A stretch of 53,881 bases of DNA. It comes from a candidate division WOR-3 bacterium (GTDB lineage: Bacteria > Hydrothermota > Tepidihabitantia > Tepidihabitantales > Tepidihabitantaceae). Under the pieces are notes generated by a model. The model was not told the DNA's origin and made no database searches. It saw only the letters and a list, made by a program, of their open reading frames with translations. The position numbers were made by a program, and so were the translations under genes. Shown piece by piece: positions 37,579 to 45,079 of this stretch (positions within the stretch are counted from its first letter, which is position 1; each line of letters opens with the position of its first letter). The stretch is taken from contig JBDRUH010000004.1 of assembly GCA_039801225.1 (NCBI GenBank), positions 1-53,881 on the forward strand. The letters are read 5' to 3'.

Positions 37579-38236
37579 CGCAAAAGAGTATAAAAACTGG
37601 ATTAAGGCAATTGTTGACCAGATCCCCTGTGAGACTTATGAAAGGGTAAAGGATTTCATCCTTGCCTCTCCCGAGGCGAAAAATTCGCCGCCGAAACCAG
37701 AAATAACTGTTGAGAACCACTGGTTTTGCATAAGGCGCTATCACGACCCGGTTGCGGTTGAAGACCTCCTGGAGATTTATATCGGTGCCAGAGAATACGG
37801 TCCTGAAGAGTGGATGGGTTATACGAGAATTGACCCCCGCTGGCTTGATTCTGAAGGCAGAGATATGCACCGCTGGGAGTTAACCCGCGCCTATCTAAGA
37901 CCCCAATTCCGGGGCAGAAATTATTCGCCCTATATGGTTGACCTGACATTGGCGCTCTGCAAAAAGAACCGCGGCTATTCGGTAGTCGCTTATCCCCGCC
38001 ATGTAGCGATGCTTGTCACCCTTTTGCGGATGGGCTTCAAAACTCTGGAAGGTTCCTATGATGCCACCTTGAGAAGAATTCTCAACCAGGGTATGCTGCT
38101 CTATAAACAGGATACAAACCAGCGCCGGCTCTACTATGCCCAGGAGTTCCGTCCTTTTATCCAGGACGGCAGTTTTATTATGGAGAAAAGGGTCGCACCG
38201 CCAACATTCTGGGAGTTTATCTGGGGAAAAGTCTAA
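37571..38236 (+). CDS. Putative GNAT-fold acetyltransferase
   Basis: ELTRAYLRPQFRGRNY (GNAT motif A-like) and LLRMGFK; overlaps the ftsK stop by 8 nt. Confidence 0.55.
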   Translation: MVSAKEYKNWIKAIVDQIPCETYERVKDFILASPEAKNSPPKPEITVENHWFCIRRYHDPVAVEDLLEIYIGAREYGPEEWMGYTRIDPRWLDSEGRDMHRWELTRAYLRPQFRGRNYSPYMVDLTLALCKKNRGYSVVAYPRHVAMLVTLLRMGFKTLEGSYDATLRRILNQGMLLYKQDTNQRRLYYAQEFRPFIQDGSFIMEKRVAPPTFWEFIWGKV

Positions 38237-38241
38237 ATTTC

Positions 38242-39249
38242 TTAAAAAAATTGCCCCAGCCACCGGCTGAGTTGACTGGCACCTAAGATACCGGCATCAC
38301 CACCCAATTCCGAAAGGACAAACTTTAACCTTCGGTCAGACCCATAAAGCCGGCGGAAAACGCTCTCCTTTACCGCCTTCAACAGCATCCGCCCCCAGCC
38401 GCTTATTCCACCCCCTAAGACAACAACCTCCGGGTCAAGAATCATAATTGCGTTATATATCCCCTTACCCAGAAACTCCCCGGTCTCCATAACCACCTTC
38501 ATCGCCAACTTATCGCCCTTCCTTGCCGCCCGCCCTATCTCCTTGGGTGTCAGCCAGTTCAGGTCGTAACCAACAAGTTCAAAAATCCTACTCACACTTT
38601 TACTGGTAATACCAAAAAGGCAAAGTTGATTTTTAGTAACTGAAAGCCTTTTTTGCTCTTTCCTTAAAAGCCGGCGGGCACGGTTAACTATCGCCTGAGC
38701 ACCCACATATCGCTCCAAGCAACCCCGATTTCCGCAGAGACAATTAGGACCTCCGAACGAAATTGTGCTGTGTCCTAACTCCCCGGCAAAATCATTACCA
38801 CCGAGTAAAAGCCGATTATGCACAATTATTCCTGTGCCTACCCCTGTTCCCAAAGTAACACAAAGGACATTTTTATAACCCCGGGCTGCGCCATAAAGCC
38901 ATTCACCTAAAACAAAAGCATTGGCATCATTTGCGCAGAAAACATCCAAACCGGTGAGCCGGCAAAGCACCTCTTTTACTCTAACCCTCTGCCATAGTGG
39001 TAAATTGGGTGAAAAAACCAGAACTCCATTCCTATGGTCAACCAACCCGGCAACACCAATCCCGAGCGAATTTATCTCCTGCCGCGGCTTCAAACCTTGA
39101 ACCACCCGACTGATTCGGTCCAGTGTCACCTCTGGCAACTCATTCAAATTTGTCCTCAACCGGCGCCGGGCAACAACCGAACCTTTCCCATCAACCAACC
39201 CAATTTTTATATTTGTGCCACCAACATCAACACCGATTGAAAAACTCAC
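38242..39249 (-). CDS. ROK family sugar kinase (glucokinase-like)
   Basis: GVDVGGT, NDANA, TLGTGVG, AGELGH, CLCGNRGCLE, VVLGGG, DAGILGA. Confidence 0.92.
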   Translation of the reverse strand: MSFSIGVDVGGTNIKIGLVDGKGSVVARRRLRTNLNELPEVTLDRISRVVQGLKPRQEINSLGIGVAGLVDHRNGVLVFSPNLPLWQRVRVKEVLCRLTGLDVFCANDANAFVLGEWLYGAARGYKNVLCVTLGTGVGTGIIVHNRLLLGGNDFAGELGHSTISFGGPNCLCGNRGCLERYVGAQAIVNRARRLLRKEQKRLSVTKNQLCLFGITSKSVSRIFELVGYDLNWLTPKEIGRAARKGDKLAMKVVMETGEFLGKGIYNAIMILDPEVVVLGGGISGWGRMLLKAVKESVFRRLYGSDRRLKFVLSELGGDAGILGASQLSRWLGQFF

Positions 39250-40391
39250 CGTCCGGGTTTAGCCTCTCCTACAACATTCTGATATAGCCTTAAAAGTAAC
39301 CGCTCATAATCCTGACTCATCTCCACACCCCGGCGTCTCATCATCCGCCGGGCACATTCCACCATCTCCCCCTGGCGCCATTTTTCTTCTCTGCCCCAGG
39401 AAAAGGGTGCTAACTCCTTGGGAGCAAATCCGCCCTCAAACCAGTTGGCAAATGTCCCGATAACCGCGCCGGTGGGCAAAAGCGTTCCAATTCCCATCTT
39501 CGCATGGTCACCGATAAAACATCCTAAATGTAACATCCCGGTATCAAATTTCTTACCGCCAATGGTAACCTTCACCGTCTTATAGTTATTTTTCAAATCG
39601 GATGATGTGGTCAATGCGCCAAGGTTCACCCATTCGCCGACAAAACTGTGACCGATAAACCCCTCGTGATGCTTATTAGAATAGCCCTGAAAAATGCTTT
39701 TTTGAACCTCGCCACCAATCCGGCAGTGTGGTCCGAAACTGCAGCCCGGTCGGACCAGTGCGCCATCAACTATTGTGTGCGGACCAATATAGCAGGGACC
39801 TTCTACAAAACTACCCGGACGCACTTCGCTTTTCTGGTCTATAAAGACCGGTCCGGATTCAGTGGAAATAAATGCCCCTTTCCAAACTTTTGCTCCCCGG
39901 GTGAGTATTTGCCCCTTTTTGCTTTCCCCAATCTCCCTTTTTAGTTCCTCGGGGTTGTATTCAATCAACTCCCAGGGAAACTGGACTACCTTTGCCTTAA
40001 CCTCTTTTTCTAACAGACCTTTGAACGCCGAGTTTATCATCGGAAATTCCGAATACTCTATAGGACTCTTCAATCGGGCGCCAGCAATCCGCCCACCACT
40101 AACAAAGAGGCACTCCTCCCCCCTCAATGCTAACCGCTCCAAAAGAATCGCCCGAGCAGAAATAAAAAGCGTCTGCCCTTCAACCGGCACATTAACCTTT
40201 AGATTGGGATAACGCTCGGCGACAACTTCGGCAATCTCCTTTCTCACCCACAAAACCATCCGCTCCTTCGGGTATAACCGCCTTATTTTTTCTATAAGAG
40301 TTCTCATCCCACAGCGTAACTCAAAAACCGCTCTTAAATCAACCAGCGGTCCAAAATTGCTTACTTTTTCATCCTCGTACAGGCATATCAT
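39246..40391 (-). CDS. GlmU-like putative sugar nucleotidyltransferase / hexapeptide acetyltransferase
   Basis: PL...RAVFELRCG..T..EK, GPVFI, CRIGGEV..SIF.GYSNKHHEGFIGHS.VGEWVNLGA..T.SDLKNNY. Confidence 0.85.
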   Translation of the reverse strand: MICLYEDEKVSNFGPLVDLRAVFELRCGMRTLIEKIRRLYPKERMVLWVRKEIAEVVAERYPNLKVNVPVEGQTLFISARAILLERLALRGEECLFVSGGRIAGARLKSPIEYSEFPMINSAFKGLLEKEVKAKVVQFPWELIEYNPEELKREIGESKKGQILTRGAKVWKGAFISTESGPVFIDQKSEVRPGSFVEGPCYIGPHTIVDGALVRPGCSFGPHCRIGGEVQKSIFQGYSNKHHEGFIGHSFVGEWVNLGALTTSSDLKNNYKTVKVTIGGKKFDTGMLHLGCFIGDHAKMGIGTLLPTGAVIGTFANWFEGGFAPKELAPFSWGREEKWRQGEMVECARRMMRRRGVEMSQDYERLLLRLYQNVVGEAKPGR

Positions 40392-40402
40392 CTTGAAAAA
40401 GC

Positions 40403-40430
40403 ATTTTAAACCACCTGATTATGATGTCAA
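40403..40430 (-). promoter_or_regulatory. sigma70-type promoter TTGACA-N16-TAAAAT, 11 nt before ATG 40391
   Basis: Read on the minus strand; no SD. Confidence 0.65.
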
Positions 40431-40544
40431 ATTCCAACCGCAGAACTTATCTGCATCACCAACTACTCAGAAGAAACGATGCTGAACGCAACTTTATCCT
40501 TACGGATATCAAAAACTTAATTCCAGAAGGGAAATTCTGAATTC

Positions 40545-41100
40545 CATTCTACCACAAATCTTTCTCTTGTACTAACATTAAAACTTCATCTAATTTTTAA
40601 GTTGGATGGAACATATCTTTTTACCATTTTCCTTAAATCAGACCTGCAACCGCTTTTAAAATTTGCGGTAGGAATTAAAGGAAAAACCAGCCCCGAACCC
40701 ATTTTAAAGCATTATTTTACATCCAGTTCTTCAGTTGATTTCCCTTTTAAACTTGACTGAGATTCTACCATTAAAATTAACACCAAGCCTAAAACCTATG
40801 CAACAAAGTATTTTACCACCTAAGCGATAGGGGGAGCAGCCCCAAGAAAAATCTGTCTTCAAATTAAGTTATTTAATTACGATACTTAACTAAATTTTAA
40901 CCATCAGAATTTTGTGTATATATAAATACACTTAGCCCTTACCCTCCTCTCCCTTACGCGCCCCTCATCTCTGTCATTGCGCGCCCCTCGGCTCCGTCAT
41001 TCCGAGTTTACCGAGGAATCCCTTTCTTTTCGCTCGGGGCAGGCTCCGCGAAGCAATCTTTTCGCATTGGGCTCGGAGGCAGACCCTGCCTAAGAATCTC
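40545..41100. repeat. Dispersed non-coding element, copy B (inverted relative to copy A)
   Basis: 40855-41003 matches 17746-17894; the degenerate array runs toward about 40545; REP-like GTCATTGCG/GTCATTCCGAG..GGAATC and GCTCGGGGCAG motifs at 40973-41090. Confidence 0.9.
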
Positions 41101-41261
41101 CTTTTAACTTTGCCTAATATACCCTTTGGTCATTAATGATTGTGGCTCTGGGTCCGGAAAATGAAAGCAAGAAAAGCAAGGCTGTAGCCTCGCCCGACGC
41201 ACTAATAATATTTAACCGCCCCTACTTGGAGAATTTAACGATAACAACCCAGGAAATTGGT

Positions 41262-42917
41262 CTATCTCAAGAGAAGCACCTTTCTTAGAATCGCCTGATT
41301 ATCCACCCTTAGAGTGCAGAAATATGCGCCCCGAGCAACCTTTCTGCCTCTTTCATCTTTACCATCCCAGTTGGCGGTATACTCTCCTGGTCTCTTATAT
41401 TCATCTATTAGTGTCCGGATTAACCTTCCTGAGGCATCAAAAACCTCAAGCAAAACCCTGCCATCTTTTGGTATTGAGTATTGGAGTTTAGTATTAGCAA
41501 CGGCAAATGTCGGGTAAAGCACTATGTTTTCTCTTGATGGTGTTTGGACATACTCTTCTTCCTCTTCAATACCGGTTGGCGGGGTATACTTAATCGTGAG
41601 ATAGTCATAGTTGCCACTTCCTGGTGCACTCTCACTATAACCGGTAACATACACCGCTCCGGAGTAATAGGCTATCGCCACCGCACGGTCCCGAGTGGTA
41701 TCATAATTATTATATCTCTCCGCCCACATTGAATCGCCCAATCTACTATACTTGACTGTCGCACAGTCATAAGAAGTGCCGGAACCATAACTAAAACCGG
41801 TAACATAAACATTCGCATAAGGGTCATCGCTGACCGCTATCGCCCTTGCCGAATCATTCCCATTTCCCGGTCCGTTGTATCTCTTAACCCACTGCTCAAC
41901 CCCGGATGAGTTGTACTTAATTGTTGCATAGTCAAAAGAAGTGCCTGAGCCTTGACTAAAGCCGGTAACAAACACACTGCCATACTGATGAACCGCTATC
42001 GCAGTCGCTCTATCATTCCCATTTCCCGGTCCGTTGTATCTCTTAACCCACTGCTCCTCCCCGGATGAGTTATACTTGATTGTGGCATAGTCATAACCAG
42101 TGGTGAAACCGCCATAACTATAGCCGGTAACATAAACATTTCCTGAGCCATCCACCGCTATCGCATATGGACTATCTGAAAAATTTCCCGGTCCATTGTA
42201 TCTCTTAACCCACTGCTCCTCTCCGGATGAGTTATATTTAATCGTCAAATAGTCATAGTTAAAACTATTTGCGGTACTCTCACTATACCCGGTAACATAA
42301 ACATTACCTGAGCCATCAACCGCTATCGCATTTGCCGCATCACCTCCATTTCCCGGTCCATTGTATGTTCTCACCCATAATGTGTCTCCGTTACTTGGGT
42401 TATACTTAATCGTCGCAAAGTCAGCATTGGTGCTTGAACCAACCCTTAAATAGCCGGTGACATAAACATTTCCCGAACCATCAACCGCTATCGCATATGG
42501 CATATCCGAACCATTTCCCGGTCCATTGTATATTTTAGCCCACTGTTGAACTCCTGATGAGTTATATTTAACTGTCACCCAATCACCATTACTGACATAA
42601 GTAGCGCCCGTAACATAAACATTACCTGAGCCATCCACCGCTATCGCTTGCGCACGTTCAGTCGTATTATTGTATCTTCTCACCCATAATGTCTCTCCGT
42701 TACTTGGGTTATACTTGATCGTCACAATGTCAGTTGATGGAACTGAACCACCATAACTCTCCCCGGTAACATAAACATACCCGGAATTATCAACCACTAT
42801 CGCTTTTGCTGAATCAGCACCATTTCCTGTGCCGTTGTATCTTGCTACCCAATCTGCGGCGAAAAAGGGCAGCGGATGAAGGAAAAGAAAAAGACTCACA
42901 AGCAAAAACTTTTTCAT
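41262..42917 (-). CDS. Secreted SBBP (seven-bladed beta-propeller)-repeat protein with FlgD/T9SS-like CTD
   Basis: Signal peptide; about 7 repeats of WV.RYNGPGNG.D...AIAVDGSGNVYVTG.S....DY.TIKY; CTD FDASGRLIRTL...WDGKD..GRKVARGAYF...RKVLLLR. Confidence 0.88.
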   Translation of the reverse strand: MKKFLLVSLFLFLHPLPFFAADWVARYNGTGNGADSAKAIVVDNSGYVYVTGESYGGSVPSTDIVTIKYNPSNGETLWVRRYNNTTERAQAIAVDGSGNVYVTGATYVSNGDWVTVKYNSSGVQQWAKIYNGPGNGSDMPYAIAVDGSGNVYVTGYLRVGSSTNADFATIKYNPSNGDTLWVRTYNGPGNGGDAANAIAVDGSGNVYVTGYSESTANSFNYDYLTIKYNSSGEEQWVKRYNGPGNFSDSPYAIAVDGSGNVYVTGYSYGGFTTGYDYATIKYNSSGEEQWVKRYNGPGNGNDRATAIAVHQYGSVFVTGFSQGSGTSFDYATIKYNSSGVEQWVKRYNGPGNGNDSARAIAVSDDPYANVYVTGFSYGSGTSYDCATVKYSRLGDSMWAERYNNYDTTRDRAVAIAYYSGAVYVTGYSESAPGSGNYDYLTIKYTPPTGIEEEEEYVQTPSRENIVLYPTFAVANTKLQYSIPKDGRVLLEVFDASGRLIRTLIDEYKRPGEYTANWDGKDERGRKVARGAYFCTLRVDNQAILRKVLLLR

Positions 42918-43138
42918 TTTGCCTCCTTTGTCTTAAAAGTAGTTTTTAAACTATCAATATCTCAAAAGCATAAAAGTATAAGAGTATAAAATTGATAAAT
43001 TCCTTAAGTCAAGTTTTGCATTTTGCCGCGGACGGTTGACAGCCATTTAATTGTGGTGACTAAGCGTGTTTTCTTGACAATAGCGAAGAAGGCAGGATAA
43101 TCAAAGCAGGTTTTATGAAAATGCACAACCCTGGGCGA

Positions 43139-43191
43139 CGTCATTCCGAGTTTACCGGGAATCCCTTTCTCTTCGCTCGGGGCAGACCTCA
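43139..43191. repeat. REP-like element in the 5' region of rmlC
   Basis: cgtcattccgagtttaccgggaatccctttctcttcgctcggggcagacc, nearly identical to 40995-41045. Confidence 0.8.
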
Positions 43192-43214
43192 GTTTTAGTA
43201 CCTGATGCGGAACT

Positions 43215-43709
43215 ATGAGTTTTCCATTTACTGAATTGGCGATTAAAGGGGTATTCATTCTCCGGGCGTCGGCTTATACTGACCACCGGGGCTGGCTGAT
43301 TGAAACCTTTCGTCAGGATTGGCTTTTTGCCCTTGGGTTAACCCAACTACAGCCGGCAATGAGTTATATCTCAATGACCTATCCCAATACTGCCCGTGGT
43401 CCTCATGAGCACCGATTGCAAACCGACTGGCTTGCCTTTTTAGGACCTTCCGATTTCCAGGTGTTTCTCTGGGACAACCGTTCAGCATCACCTACCTTTA
43501 AGAATCATCTCCAACTTACCTTGGGTGAGAACAACCCTTCGGTTTTAATCGTCCCGAATGGAGTGGTTCACGGCTATAAGAATATCGGAGAAAAGCCCGG
43601 TCTGGTCTTGAACTATCCCAACCGACTTTACCGCGGCTGGAACCGTTCTGAGCCGGTGGATGAAATCAGGTATGAAGATGACCCCAACAGCCCTTTTAGA
43701 ATTGATTAA
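43215..43709 (+). CDS. rmlC: dTDP-4-dehydrorhamnose 3,5-epimerase family (RmlC-like cupin)
   Basis: D.RGWL.ETFR, RGPHEH..QTD, LWDNR..SPTF, VP.GV.HGYKN. Confidence 0.82.
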   Translation: MSFPFTELAIKGVFILRASAYTDHRGWLIETFRQDWLFALGLTQLQPAMSYISMTYPNTARGPHEHRLQTDWLAFLGPSDFQVFLWDNRSASPTFKNHLQLTLGENNPSVLIVPNGVVHGYKNIGEKPGLVLNYPNRLYRGWNRSEPVDEIRYEDDPNSPFRID

Positions 43710-43751
43710 TAGCTCCTTTCTAAAATTTAGGATTTGAAAAATGTTGACTCC

Positions 43752-43779
43752 TTGACTCGTTAGCCAATTCGGCTATTCT
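43752..43779 (+). promoter_or_regulatory. sigma70-type promoter TTGACT-N16-TATTCT, 8 nt before ATG 43788 (leaderless)
   Basis: Read directly from the sequence; no SD. Confidence 0.65.
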
Positions 43780-43787
43780 AATTTTAA

Positions 43788-45059
43788 ATGTCGGTAACTA
43801 TAGAAACAGACTTTTCCGCCCGGCTGCTAAATTTGGGCATTGAGGCTGTTGACCCGATTGAAACCGAAAGGCTCAAAAGGATTATCGCGGCAAAAGAACC
43901 GGCATCACCGCTCCTTGGGCTCTCCATAGAAGAACTGCTCACCGCTTTAGGTATTCTCAATTCCCAAGGTCAACTGACCATTGCCGGAATGCTACTTGTC
44001 GGCAAGGAGGAAATAATCCCGCAAGTGGTTCCCGGACACAGCGCCATCTATCTTCATATGAAAAATGATGTTGAGTATGACCGCCGGCTCAATTCCACGA
44101 AACCGCTTTTAGCCCTTCTGGAAGACTTCACCGCTTCAGTTGAACCGCACAACCGCATTTTCACCTTAAAATTCGGGCTCTTTCACTTTGAAATCTCCGA
44201 CTTTCCCCAGGAGGTTTATCGGGAGGCGCTCTTAAATGCATTTACTCACCGGGACTACTCCATCGTCAGTCCGGTTTATCTCCGTCACTTCCCCACCCGG
44301 CTGGAAGTCTCCTCCCCTGGCGGTTTTCTGAGTGATGTTACACCAGAAAACATTATTGGTCATGAACCCATCAGCCGCAATCCCCTCCTTGCCGCAATCC
44401 TGGAACGGATCCGACTGGTGGAAAGGGCAGGAATGGGTGTCAAGCGGATGTTCCAAATTCTTTTATCCTATGGAAAGGAACCGCCAGTTTATGAAGCGGG
44501 CGCCGACTATGTCCGGGTAACAATCCGCTCGGGTAGGGCAGACGGCAAAATTGATGAACAATTCGCCCGATTTGTTGTTTTTTGCCAGCAGGAAGGAAGG
44601 GAACTTGGTTTAGCCGACCTATTGCTCCTCAACTGGCTTAAACGCAACCGCGAGATTGACCTCAGCGAAGCAAAGACCCTTCTTGGGCGCTCGGAAAAGG
44701 AGGCGCATGAAGTTTTAACCTCAATGGTCAACCGTGGGCTTTTGGAGCAATTCGGGGAAAAGAAAGGCCGAGTCTATCGGCTTTCCAAACGAGTTTACGC
44801 CCGACTGCGTCGGTCAATTACTTATTCACCATTTCGCCGCGCCGAATCGGCATATGCCGAAAGCGCAATTATGGGCTATCTTGAGGAGATGCCCGTTTCA
44901 CCAGAAGACCGCTTTATCACCAACGAAATTGTCCGGACCCTTTTAAGAGTATCACCCCATCAGGCGAGTTATATACTTTCCCAACTGGTGAAAAAAGGCA
45001 AGTTAACCCTCGTAGGTAAAGGGCGCTCAGCCCGCTATTACCTACCACCAGAAAGGTAA
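43788..45059 (+). CDS. HATPase_c_4 (RecG-C-terminal-like) ATP-binding protein with C-terminal winged-HTH domains, lacking an N-terminal AlbA/Schlafen domain
   Basis: LTIAG.LL.G, P.EV.REALLNAF.HRDYS, LEVSSPGGF, SRNPLLA.IL..I.LVE..GMGV; C-terminal wHTH ITN..VR.LL.VS...A..IL..LV..G.L...GKGR..RY. Confidence 0.78.
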   Translation: MSVTIETDFSARLLNLGIEAVDPIETERLKRIIAAKEPASPLLGLSIEELLTALGILNSQGQLTIAGMLLVGKEEIIPQVVPGHSAIYLHMKNDVEYDRRLNSTKPLLALLEDFTASVEPHNRIFTLKFGLFHFEISDFPQEVYREALLNAFTHRDYSIVSPVYLRHFPTRLEVSSPGGFLSDVTPENIIGHEPISRNPLLAAILERIRLVERAGMGVKRMFQILLSYGKEPPVYEAGADYVRVTIRSGRADGKIDEQFARFVVFCQQEGRELGLADLLLLNWLKRNREIDLSEAKTLLGRSEKEAHEVLTSMVNRGLLEQFGEKKGRVYRLSKRVYARLRRSITYSPFRRAESAYAESAIMGYLEEMPVSPEDRFITNEIVRTLLRVSPHQASYILSQLVKKGKLTLVGKGRSARYYLPPER

Positions 45060-45079
45060 AAAATAGAAATGGAGGTCAG

